Assembly: GCF_006345805.1 (NCBI RefSeq)
Contig: NC_042999.1
Location: 147,312,001 to 147,376,000 of the forward strand
DNA from: Octopus sinensis
Lineage: Eukaryota
DNA: 64,000 nt
Reading direction: 5' to 3'
Shown: positions 1-11,694 of the stretch, piece after piece
How the letters are laid out: each line of letters starts with the position of its first letter
Position numbering within the stretch: the stretch's first letter is position 1
Position numbers and translations under genes: made by a program
The notes under the pieces: generated by a model
The model's input: the letters and a program-made list of their open reading frames with translations, nothing else
Database searches by the model: none
Told to the model about the DNA's origin: nothing

Positions 1-2491
1 ATTCTGTCCAAATTTATAGTTTATTTTTTAAAATATCCCACTTCTCATATGACGAACATTATAAGAAGGCATGCATCCAACACCAGAGCTGAAGACATCC
101 CCGAAAGTAGGGGCCGAAACCGGACGTGGTTCCTCCTGATGATGTCATGAGCTAACTGGATCCTATAAAGGAGCTGTTGTGGTAGTAGACCACGAAACAG
201 GGTTGAAATTCCTCATGGTTTGATGATTGTTTATCTTATTAGATATTGGATTGCGGTGGGTTTGCTGAAGACATTATAGTTCGCATGTAATTTTTAGTAG
301 AAACACATTGCTTTAGGTTCCCCTCGTCTCTCTTCTGTTGAACAGGAGGAAGACGTCTCAGTAGGATTCGTTACCTTTTTCATGTTTTTTGATAAATAGT
401 GCAGAACGATATAGAACAACTGGCACGTAGTTGGACTCAAGCGTTTGAGAGCACAGTAACTATCCGTAAAGGGTAAAAAGGTTTGATATTAAATCCTAAA
501 TTGCACTGATATATTGATATTATATATTAAATATGAAATAATACTGATATTAAATAGCACTGAGCACTATTTAAATATTTGCGACATGATTAAAATGTAA
601 TTTAGACCCAGTGTGAAGAGACAACTTTTGCCACCTGCTCTTTACTGTATATGCTATACACTCTTCCTGACATAAATTCAGATCAAATTCGATAGAAACT
701 CCTAATTATACACACTGTATTTTCTATTTACAGTTAAAGAAACCATTTGAAACTTTCAAATTCTATAAAAACAAATTAGCATAGTGGGTTTCATCTTTCT
801 CAACTGAATACTTGTAGGATAAATATTGTGTCAATACGCGTAAATCATTAATGTCGGTCAGGGATTTAGTTTTCCTAGCCATGGATATTACACAACATCA
901 GTGAAGCAATGACATCTGCAATCGTTTGTGTTAAATTTCTCACGATGTAAAGGAGTGTTCTTAGAATATTAATAAGTTCGCTTGATGTAATGTGTGAAAC
1001 GACTAAATTTCCGCGCCTGTGCTCTTCAATAGGTTACTTATTTTAAAAATAATACTTACTGCCCAGAAACACATTGATTTTAATCTATGCAGTACGTATC
1101 ACAGAGACATACAATCATTTCCATCTATGCACATTAGTACATTCATTGAAAATTGTTATTGCAAGTTCTATTTCTTATATTCGCTTCACAGTTTCCTAAA
1201 AAAATATATCATGTGTATTTCAAATCGATCTCCTTAGACAATCTTATCATCGAATATGATGTGCATTTATATAACATGTTGTTTCCATTCTGATGTTGAC
1301 TTGCATATTAACAATGAGCAGGCGGTATTATAAAGAAGTGTTCTCAGTCATGACTATGCCATAGCTTTTCATGTATGGACAACAGTGATCGAATGTATAA
1401 TTCCATTTCTTAAATAAAAATTGGAGTTATTGCTACCAGTTTGAATGACGAGACAGAAGTTCCCTCCTTGGCTCAGAATTCAAGTTTTATTGGTCCTCGA
1501 TATATTTCAATATCAAAGCACATACACAAGTAAGCGGTCTTAAACAATTATTTATTAAAATCCTTGTGAACAATCGTTAGTGGTATTACGAAAGTATATT
1601 TCTCTCAGAGCAGGTTTCATTACATCAGTTGAAATATCCTCCTTCATTTATTACTTTCACTATAAATGCAACGATTGATTTATCAAGTGAGATCACACAT
1701 TTCCTCCTTACATAATACATTAGCATATTTGCAGTGTGCAGATGTTCTAACATTTAACTCGTATACTCGGAGACGAATATGCCCACATATACATTTTATG
1801 AGCTGTGAATAAATCGCATTTAATACAGCCAATTAAACTGCTATTGCTTAAATGAAACATGCTACATTTATTCAATGGTTTTGTTGGCTTTTGTTATAAA
1901 GCAGCGGGTGTGTGTATACGTGTACACATACACTCACATATCTATATCTATATACGTATATATATATATATATACATCTGTATGTGAGTATGTCAAGGTA
2001 GGAGAAAGAGAAGCTGCATTTAACCAATAAAAGCAGCCTGTACTTATGTCTACACACAAAACATACAGTGCAGAAGAAATAATAAATGCATTATATAAAT
2101 TCGCAAATTAAAAGCAAAGAATTGGTAAAAAGACAGACGTTCATCTAAAAAGCAAAATAAGTATATGAAGCAAATATAAACGAAAATATACTTTCAGCAA
2201 AAAATAAATAAATAAATGATATTCCTGACGTAAAAGAAAGATTGAAACACCTGATCCTAGAAAGCATATAAGTATTTAAACAAATGCAAATATACTGCAA
2301 TCGAACTATAGAACCTAACCTACTGCAGGAATATTTAAAAGGAAATTGTACAGTAACATATTAAAACACACGATAGATTAGACAAAAGACAGACGAACAT
2401 ACTGCAGAGCGCAGTATGACAAATTTAATAATACAATCATAGTTGATTGAAATTTGAGGACTCCAAGTAAGAATGAGGTCCTTCAGTATAG

Positions 2492-2551
<60 letters not shown>

Positions 2552-2940
2552 CGAAAAAAATTCTGTCAATGACCAGCATATTAAAAAATACAAGAACGCA
2601 ATAGAGGAAAATAACGCATTCCGACGGATAGACGATACAAAAGCGGACAGGAGAAACAGTAATTAGGAGGAAAGGAAAAAAGAAAGACGGGTCTTTCGTG
2701 GACTTCTTTCCTCAGTCAAGTTTAGCAGAAGTCCTTACAGCTTCGAGCAGATAGACTTGAGACAGTTCGATCTGGTTGCCCTCCAAAATGTTTAAGCTAA
2801 GAGCATTAGATTTTTTATGTAAGAAGGCTAGCGAATGTGCGCTGCAGCAAAGATAAAACTCGGAGAACATAGTGCACAATTACAAATACAATGAACAAGA
2901 AAATAACAACAGGTGTCTTTCGACTGAATATATATATATT

Positions 2941-4965
2941 GATTGATTGATTGATTCTAGTTTCAGCCCATGAGCTGTGACCATGCTGGGGCACCGCCAT
3001 TTGGTGTTGCTACTTGGTTTTACTTCACGAAAGCTTTTTAGCAACTGCCATTTGGTGCGTGAGAGAGTTCGATGCAGCTGCCCTCATCTGCACCTCCTGC
3101 CGTGAAGTTGGTTCATCTGGGACAGCTGACAGGAAGAGATCCAGTTCCATTTTAAAGACATCTGTATCCACCCCATGCAGCTCTCTCAGGATCTTCGGGA
3201 GGATATTGAAGAGCTGTGGGCCTCGGAAGCCCAGGCTATCACAGTATCTTGTCCTACATCTTGATGGCAAATTTGGAGTCCTAGGCACCACGCAGTGGCG
3301 CCCAGTTCTGGCATTTGGGTAACTCTCGATGCCAAAGTTTGGGACACGTCCCTCCAGGATCTTCCAGATGTATATTATGGCATATCTTTCCCGCCTACGC
3401 TCCAAGGAATATAGTTTTAATCTCTTGAGTCTTTCCCAGTATCTTACATTCTGCATAGAGGCTATCTTCTTCGTGTAGCTACGCTGGATCGCCTCGAGCT
3501 CTGTGATCAACTTGACACTGGATGGTGACCATAACTGAGAGCAATAGTCAAAGTGGCTTAGGACAAGTGTCCTCCAGAGGACCATCATGGTTTCTTGTTC
3601 TCTTGTTCTAAAGGTTCTGAGAATCCATCCAGCCAGCCGTCTACATTTTATTGCCAGTTTAGCAACATGTACATGAAAGGTCGCGTCATCACTCATGTGA
3701 ATACCCAGGTCACGCACTGATTGTGCCTCTGGGATTGCAATCCCTCCGGGTCCAGTGTATTCATTGGGTGTTGCATTCAGTTTTGCATGCTGATAGTATA
3801 AAGCTTGAAACTTTTCAGCATTGAACTGCATGCTATTCTTTTCAGCCCACTTGTATATTTCGTCCAGCTCACATTGCAGGTGCTCAGTGTCTTCAGGGTT
3901 CTGTATTGCCTGTGAAACTTTTGTATCATCTGCATAACTTGTGATCGTGGCTCTCTGCGTGGCTGAGGGCATGTCTGAGAGGGCCATTATGAACAGTAGT
4001 GGTCCCAAAACAGTGCCCTGCGGAACACCGCTCACTATTTGTTTGTTAATGGAAGTGGCCCCATTGGCTGCTACCACCTGACTTCTATTCTTCAGAAAGT
4101 CATGAAGCCATTCTCCCAATTTTCCAAGTATGCCAAGATCACGCAGTTTGTGACATATCATTCCATGATCGACTTTATCAAAGGCCTTTGCAAAGTCGAG
4201 ATATATGACTTCCACATTTGAGTGGTTGAGCAGTTGTTTCAGCACCCAGTCATAGTGTTGTAGGAGCTGAGTTAAACAGCTTCTTCCTGGTCGGAAACCA
4301 TGTTGGATGTCAGGCAGCAAGTCATTTTCTTCAAGGAAGGTGATTAGTTTCCTTCTGACTATTCGTTCCATGACCTTGCTGATGTGTGAGGTGAGAGAGA
4401 TAGGTCTGTAGTTCTTGGCCTCTGCTCTGCTACCACCTTTATGAATAGGGCATATTTTACCTTCCTTCAGTTTTTTTGGAAGTTTGCCAGCTGCAAGGAA
4501 GCTCTGAAAGAGGATCTGCAGTGGTCTTGCTAGGACTCTCTTACATACTTTTAGGAGGATTGCCGGGAATCCATCGGGGCCAATAGCTGATTCTGTTTTC
4601 ATTTCATCTATGGCCTTTATTACATCGTCTTCCTTTATATCGATGTAATTTATCGTCGCCGCCTCTGATTTTATATCTGCAGTGGTAAAGAAGTCAGTTG
4701 GATTGGTGATTTGGAAATGCCCGAGGGGTGGAGTGAAAACACTCTTGAATTGCTCATTCAGTATTTCACTTACCCTCATTGGTTTTCCTGTGAGTGTGCC
4801 ATCCTTTTCAAGGAGTGGCCCTATCCTACAGTGCACCGTAGCTGTTTCTTTGGCATACCTGTAGAAAGGTCTGGGGTTAGATTTTATGTTGTCTATAGCC
4901 CAGGCTTCTTTGTTTGCGCTTTCCTTTTCATGGGAGAGTTGCAGACATTTTTCAATTTCCAACAG
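2941..4965 (-). mobile_element. 5'-truncated CR1/L2-group non-LTR retrotransposon with 3' UTR and (AATC)n tail
   Basis: Contains the RT ORF 3025-4962. On the minus strand the 3' end is GGCGGTGCCCCAGCATGGTCACAGCTCATGGGCTGAAACTAG followed by (AATC)4. (TA)n lies on both sides. Confidence 0.93.
3025..4962 (-). CDS. LINE ORF2 reverse transcriptase and C-terminal part; no endonuclease domain (truncated)
   Basis: 645-aa open frame with GPDG, NYRPISLTS, QHGFR, YLDFAKAFDKV, GVPQGTVLGPLLF, YADD, RDLG and LYSLERRR motifs typical of CR1/L2-group ORF2. The TTG start is not a true initiator because the frame runs into the 5' junction. Confidence 0.93.
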   Translation of the reverse strand: MEIEKCLQLSHEKESANKEAWAIDNIKSNPRPFYRYAKETATVHCRIGPLLEKDGTLTGKPMRVSEILNEQFKSVFTPPLGHFQITNPTDFFTTADIKSEAATINYIDIKEDDVIKAIDEMKTESAIGPDGFPAILLKVCKRVLARPLQILFQSFLAAGKLPKKLKEGKICPIHKGGSRAEAKNYRPISLTSHISKVMERIVRRKLITFLEENDLLPDIQHGFRPGRSCLTQLLQHYDWVLKQLLNHSNVEVIYLDFAKAFDKVDHGMICHKLRDLGILGKLGEWLHDFLKNRSQVVAANGATSINKQIVSGVPQGTVLGPLLFIMALSDMPSATQRATITSYADDTKVSQAIQNPEDTEHLQCELDEIYKWAEKNSMQFNAEKFQALYYQHAKLNATPNEYTGPGGIAIPEAQSVRDLGIHMSDDATFHVHVAKLAIKCRRLAGWILRTFRTREQETMMVLWRTLVLSHFDYCSQLWSPSSVKLITELEAIQRSYTKKIASMQNVRYWERLKRLKLYSLERRRERYAIIYIWKILEGRVPNFGIESYPNARTGRHCVVPRTPNLPSRCRTRYCDSLGFRGPQLFNILPKILRELHGVDTDVFKMELDLFLSAVPDEPTSRQEVQMRAAASNSLTHQMAVAKKLS

Positions 4966-5042
4966 TTTTATATATATATATAAGCATAGTAGTTAGTAAT
5001 AAAATCTCAAGAAGCGATAGAGTAGTAACGTATCTTAAACAT

Positions 5043-5311
5043 TGGAGCGAGTTACCACATCAAAGTGGCAGGTGAATGTTACTACTAGTTTAACCGCAGG
5101 CAGATTCTCCGCCAGCTGGATTTTGATGCAACGTTCTGAATCCTTTATATACAATACGTCGCTAGCATAGGGAGCGAATTCCTACTAACCTCCATAAGCG
5201 TGTATATGCAGGATGCAGAACGTTGCATGAAAAACCAGTTGGCCGAGAAAATGCTTGGGGTTAAACTAGTAGTCAAATTCAGCTGCCACTTTGATTTAGC
5301 AACTCGCTCTA
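5043..5311. mobile_element. Foldback/MITE-like element with ~102-bp inverted arms
   Basis: 5043-5144 matches the reverse complement of 5210-5311 at about 86/102 positions; 65-bp spacer. Confidence 0.8.
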
Positions 5312-5676
5312 CTATATATGTATATATATGGTTGAGAGAGTTGGTATGGGAAAGCACGCTGCTGGATGTATAAAAAACAAAAATACTACAGAAGATTTCT
5401 ATTATGTGGTTAAAAAATATATCAAAGTTGTTACGTTAAGAAAATGATACAAAGTTTTGTGTATAGTGCCATTGCTTTTGGAGAAATAACCGGTTTCGCA
5501 TTTTCTTTCCAAATTTGTCAAATATCTTTACCAATATTGAGTCATCTATTCGTTATGGTGTGACGCAGGAGCGTTCGATACATGGGGAGGTCATCAGGGA
5601 TTTTTCGATATAAGGGTCATAATCAATTATGTTGGGAATGATTAGGTTTTGTTAATTTAACAAGATTTGGTTTTAA

Positions 5677-5677
5677 T

Positions 5678-5732
<55 letters not shown>
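5677..5732. repeat. (AT)n microsatellite
   Basis: Direct reading. Confidence 0.95.
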
Positions 5733-5734
<2 letters not shown>

Positions 5735-5876
5735 AATGAACCGAACGTCCGGCTGAGGTGCCCTACGCTTCGTCCATTAGATCCCCGAAAGGGTGTCGGT
5801 CGATATAGACAACAGGACGATGGTCACGGAAGTCGAAATCCGCTCAGGAGTGTGTAACAACTTACCTGCCGAATCG
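5733..5876 (+). rRNA. 28S: Isolated 28S (LSU) rRNA fragment, pseudogenic
   Basis: ATGAACCGAACG...GATATAGACAACAGGACGATGGTCACGGAAGTCGAAATCCGCTCAGGAGTGTGTAACAACTTACCTGCCGAATC matches the conserved LSU core GACAGCAGGACGGTGGCCATGGAAGTCGGAATCCGCTAAGGAGTGTGTAACAACTCACCTGCCGAATC. Flanks are non-rDNA. Confidence 0.9.
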
Positions 5877-5877
5877 A

Positions 5878-6770
5878 TTTGATTTTTAAAAGTTACCAGA
5901 TCTTTCGTCTACAATGTTTGTAAGGAGCTAGAGACTGCAGATGGGAATGTATCACCAGTATCAAATCATAAAAAGCATTCTAAACACTCTCGAATCATCA
6001 GAACACCTGGAGATATCCAGCAAGTTCAACAGACCATTGATTACAATCCCAGAAATTCCATGAGGTCAATTGTAAAAGATCTCCATGTGTCAGAAGGAAC
6101 AGTCAGATATTCTGTTCACGAAGACAACAGATATAAGTCTCATATGATGAGGAAAGATCAATTTGTCAGAAAAAGCAAAAGAAAATCGCTACCTCAGATC
6201 TAAATGGTTCTTAAACAAACTGAAAAATCCAGCAGAAGAAAATTTGTTTTGGTTTTTCTCAAACGAGACAAACTTCGACTAATATCAAAACGTTAACTGA
6301 AGAATTGACAGATGATTATGTACAGACCCTTCTGAAGTTGCAAGTATTATGCATACCAAATTCCCTGCAACTGTCATGAAGGACATTTGATTCCTGCTTA
6401 CCCCTTTCCACAAGGTCTTATAGTTAACTCTACCGCCTACATTGCGGCCCTGCAAATAATTGTTAAGCTCCGGATAGGTAGTGCATGCAATGGAGAGCCA
6501 TATGTGTTTCAGTAAGATTGTGCACTATCACACATGACTCTAGTAACACAGGAATGGATAGCTTAAAATATTCATGGTCACATAACCCCTACATTTGGCC
6601 TCCTAATTCCCCAGATCTCAATCCACTGGACTATCATATGTGGAGCGTTGTTGAGAGAGAAGTCAATGAACATGCCCATAACACCAAAGATTCTTTGAAA
6701 GCTGCCATAATCAGAGTAATATCCAAAATGAACCAGAACCACTTGATTCGAGCATGTAGAGAAACTGAAA
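5878..6770 (+). mobile_element. Degenerate Tc1/mariner transposase, DD37D (maT-like)
   Basis: Frameshifted pieces FSNETNF, FQ*DCA and WPPNSPDLNPLDYHMWSVVE; D-to-D spacing is 37 after restoring one base. Confidence 0.85.
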
Positions 6771-6840
6771 TTTACAGAAATCTAATTTTACAAAGAATTT
6801 TTTTTAAATAGTTTCGAAATATCCTTAAAATCCTTTAAAA

Positions 6841-6878
6841 TATTTCAGCCCGAAGGCTGCGGCCATGCTGGGGCACCA
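6841..6878 (-). mobile_element. Short 3'-tail fragment of the CR1/L2-group LINE or its SINE
   Basis: Minus strand GTGGTGCCCCAGCATGGCCGCAGCCTTCGGGCTGAAATA matches the LINE tail at 2958-2998. Confidence 0.75.
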
Positions 6879-9564
6879 CAAAGTTTGTGATAAAATAAGA
6901 GAATTACAGCCACTGAGGAGAAAAGAAAAGTCATGAATGAATTGGCTACCTTCCTGATTCAATATATAAATAAGTGCAAATGATATGAACAAGCTATGAC
7001 ATGAACAAAACAAACCTCTCAAGTACAAATGATTGAAGTACATACAATCAACAATCTCAATCTATTATTAACACACGCAATACGATAGCTGGTATATAGA
7101 CGCTAAGTACCGTTTTTATAATGTGTATATTGAATATATTAACCTGGAATTTAAGTAATTTGAAGATAGGGTTAGAGAGAACGTGAGAAGCACTAATTTC
7201 ATTCTGTTACCATTTAACAAGCACAGTTCCAGGAAGGAGTTTGTTGTAGATACTCTATTGAATACAGTCTATAATGGCAGTCTACAAAAAGCACTCATCA
7301 TCAATTAAGTTTGCGATAAAATATTTGCCTATCTCTATAAATATATTGAAGTTGCTAAGTTGATGACAGAAACTAATTATGATGTATACATAACTTTAAA
7401 ACAAGGGAATAGGGAAACCAAAACAAAAGCAGAATTTCCAAAAATGTTACACAAACAAGAACATTTTCCTTGTTCAAATGAGAATTAAATGCAAAAAAAA
7501 AAATGTAAGTGATAAATTCCATTGTGTTCCCTGTATTGTTTATTAACATAGAAAAATGAAGGATGCTTGAGATCCAAAATTGGATACTTATACAAGAAAA
7601 TTGATTACAACATACAGAACATATTACCACAAAACACATTTCTACTGGGTTTGCATGAATAGAGAATTAGAAGACAATGATTAACGTAGGTGGAATCCAA
7701 TTACAAACCAATTACATTTATGCAGTAAATACACTTCAAAGAGAGCAATGAATATAACTATGGAAAAAGAAAGATTCTATATTTTTTCTGCAAAGATACC
7801 ACAATATTCATTACTCAGGTAAAGTGAGAAAAATGTACGATAGAATCAAGAATTCAAAGGACAGGAACGACGCAGCAATAGTCATTAAATATACCGTTTG
7901 CATCAACACTTTTTCTCTTTGCCAGCCCGAATTATTTTCATAAGATTGTCCTATATATCTATGCTTGTTTTCTGACTTTTAGTTAATTTTCGCTTCATAT
8001 GTTCTCTGAAATATGTAGCTTCCCTTAGATTAGCCTTAAGTTTCTGCATCATACATGATGCATAGACACGAGGAAATTATGTCCTATGCATCACATATGA
8101 TACGTAGGACAGACAAACGGTTGAATGAAGAGGAAAGTAAATGTGTTATGTCGCACGTTCCGATGCCTACTTTTCAACTCTAATCTTCTCTCTGCTACTC
8201 TGTTCTAGTCTACTACGACTGCTACTGAAATCTACTCTTCCACGAGGTCTAGACTTCTCCCTCTATATCTACGTATTGGGCTAGTCTACTTCATCGTCTG
8301 GGGGCGTCGACACAACAAAATGATTCTGTGGAAAGTATAAACATAGATAGTCTTTCCCAAACGTGTCATCAAATAATCAGAAACCGCAATAGTAGCATTT
8401 GGCGCTTAATGCCGCTAAAGCGAGATAGGTTCGAAAAGAGCAGCTTAAAATTTTGTAATCCATCTATACCGAGCACGGGAGAAATTTCATTAAATAAATC
8501 TTCTCATACCCATCTTGCTCAATATTTGCCATTGTAATAACTACGTGTACCAACTGCACCGGAAGAAGGAGTATCTTCATTAAAATTTGCCCAAGCATTG
8601 TAAATTGAATAGTGCAAAAAATAGTATGAATATTGACGCAATAATGTTGCGGAAAATAATTAAATAGGAATAACATAAGTCATGTTAGTGCACACTTATT
8701 CGAGCATGAATCGATTTGATAACCAATTACAACGCATATACATTATAACTGGTAACACATCACGAAGACAGACACGCATGGATAAAGTAAATAAAGGAAA
8801 TCGAAATGCAAATGTGTTCAGGGAAAATTACTAAGAAGGCAGACGAGGTATAATACGGTGGAATCTATTATAGTATGGGCTTGTAGGAATATATTCTACG
8901 CACCAAATACCTTATCCAAATACTGTTCGTTCCCCCAAAACGCATTACCTGTTTCTTATTTTGAGTTTTTACAAAGTTTTATGGTTTTTATAGCTTTCTC
9001 ACAAGAAATTAAAAAGTGAGTTGTTTAAATGTATTCATTGCATTGTTCGTAATTTGTTCTATTCTCTCCTCTCATGAAATTTATACGCTTCAAAAATAAA
9101 TATTACAGGAAAATAATATATGCAGAAGATACAGGCAGAAGATATTAACATCTAGCGATAAATGACAATAGTTTCCCTACCAAAGAAATGATATATATAT
9201 AATGACTTGATCAGCTGGAATAGTAGCTAAATCAATTTACACATTAGCCATTAAAAAGTGTGTGTGTTGAGCAACAAATTCAATGCATTTGAATATAAAG
9301 CAGTATAAAACAGTACTGGAATGACTCTGATCACAAACCTGTCTAGCGCTGCTTTGAGGATGAATAACGACAAGAATGGGGTTTCGATATGGTAGCTGAA
9401 CTTGTTTGAAATAGCAGTGACATCTCTTCCAAATCTCATGCAAGGACACAACAGATTAAACAATCTTCGATATCACAAACGGAAATGCTATTGGATTACT
9501 GGGATGTATTTCATTTCAGATCAACTGAGGTAGTTTCACCAGTCGCACGTATAGACACAGGCAA

Positions 9565-9596
<32 letters not shown>

Positions 9597-9702
9597 GGTT
9601 CCACTAGTCCTTTATGAAGAAAATACAAATTGCTAATCATGCCGAAGTTAATAACATTGGGGAACACATTATATGAAACGATATCTAACACTTGATTCTA
9701 AG

Positions 9703-11694
9703 TGTTTTGGGTGCGCTAAATACGAATTCTATCTCGATTTGGCTCTATCAAGTTTCGATACCTGTCAACATCGTGTGTGCTATTTTCCAGATTTTTCAAT
9801 TTAGGATGAAAAAATTAAATCATGTATTCAAATTTATTTTCAAGTTTCATGAATATAAGCGGTTCAAAGTACTGTAAAATTTCATTATAACGATTGTAAG
9901 GGCTTAACATATAAGAAAGTAATGAGATATGAAGTTTTCACTCAGAGAAAGATTTTCTTTTATAAGATTTTCGAGTATTTGCTTGTTGATGGCCGGTTTC
10001 GTTTCAAACACCAACAATAAACAGCCATCATATGGGAATCCCAGCGTCCTTGGTACCTTTCCTCCATACTTTTGATATCTTGGTAGAATCGTACCCCTTT
10101 TTCCTCACTTACAGTATCTAAATGTCTTGGAAATTTGTCACGATGGTTATTCATAAAATGCATTTTTATGCTCATATTAAGGGACACTGTAGTCCCTGAA
10201 AAGTATTTCTATGATTTCTTCGCAGTCATCTGCTCTATAATTGCTTAAAATGTTTTCTGTCACGTCTACGAATGAGATCCAGGTATTTTTGTTGTATTCA
10301 TTCAGGACATAAGGAAAATCGCAGGCTTTAACTAATGTTCTTAATAGTGGACCGTAGAATATTCCTGCTTTCATCTTTTCATAACTTAAACTTGGAAACT
10401 TTGAAGTTATTTATTTGAAACACATGCCGTTCGTATCTAAAGCTTTTACATATTGTTTAATAAATCCTAGACTGATATGCAGAGAAGGAAATATGATTTT
10501 ATCTCTGGTCACTAAAGGTGGATTAATTACGTTTTTCCCCGGCCAGATTTGTTTGAAATAATGTTATTCCTCGATTCTGCTGTCCCCTAAGCAAAAAAGG
10601 TAAAAATATTTAGTATACTCTGGTTGTTGTCCTAGCAGAAAATTAACCACTTTTTAGTCAACACATGTAGCCCACTTGTGCTCCCTATATTTGATAAGAT
10701 TTAAAACCTTCTCTATTTGTTCATACTTTTCTTTAAATTTTGTTGGGTCCCCAGTCGGTAACGAGCCGTTTAGCTTGCCATTATGCAACAACACACACTT
10801 AAAATTTATTTTCAAAATGAAGAAAACAAGCGCCAATCACCTGCATCGTAAGACTCAAACTCAATCTCCTAGAACAAACCAAGTATGTTGCAACAACATA
10901 CCAAAAATCCTCTGTTATAAAATATTTCAGAAGTTCTCATTTTCCGTAAAATATAATGTATGTTTGAAATAAACAATTTTTGCACTCTAGGCCTTGAAGT
11001 TAAAATTTTCACAGACTTTTTTTGAAAATTTAGAACCCTTACAAGATCATTCAACTAGGCCATGTTAAACTGTTGCGGATAATTTTAACTTTCAAATGCC
11101 CTGGGATCAAAATTAGTGTCAAACTCCTGAGAGTGCATAACAATATTTTATGAAACATCTTCAACTAATTCTTGAGGTGGCTGACTCTTAAATGTTGGAA
11201 TGAAGATTTCATTCGAAAGTTAAACAGGTGGTATCGCGGTGTGGAAATTTGGGTACTCGATAAAATGTTTATTTTTCTTAGTGAAGCTCGAAGTTTTGAA
11301 AAAGCAAAAGTAGCAATTGATCTCATGGTTAGTTCGCTCTCGCCACAACTGAATGGACAAAATCATGCTAAAAGTACTTTTTTACATGAATAAAAATCGC
11401 TCTCCTAAGGAAATTAAGTTAAGTTCAGTTAAAGCATTCTTCTTGGACTCCCATACGATTAAAGTCATCTTCCTTATCCCTATTCAAAGTTATTCAAATG
11501 TACATGTACATGAGTGCATAGGTAAGAATGCACAAAGCAGATGTGTCAAGAGCCTGTTTGTCGGCGTTTAGAAAAATGTTAACAAAAGCGAGAGAGACTT
11601 GCTTTTATGGATTATATCAAACGTTATCGCTCTAAAAACCAGTACCTGATAGAGCAAAATCGAGTAAAAATTCGTTCTCATCGCACCCAAAACA
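9703..11694 (-). mobile_element. Degenerate Chapaev3-like (CMC) DNA transposon with inverted repeats
   Basis: Minus-strand pieces KCVLLHNG..YREHKWATCVD, KAGIFYGP and HLDTVSEEKGVRFYQDIKSMEERYQGRWDSHMMAVYCW resemble Chapaev3 transposases (from recall). Inverted repeats 9703-9751 and 11646-11694 match at about 40/49. Confidence 0.75.
11288..11359 (+). repeat. 72-bp dispersed direct repeat, copy 1
   Basis: 66/72 identical to 13110-13181. Confidence 0.9.

Noticed and set aside
2685-2715. Minus-strand CTGAGGA...GAAAGACCCGTC hammerhead
   Set aside because: Stem I and stem II cannot be formed convincingly.
5733-5876. Functional rDNA unit
   Set aside because: Only 144 bp with non-rDNA flanks.
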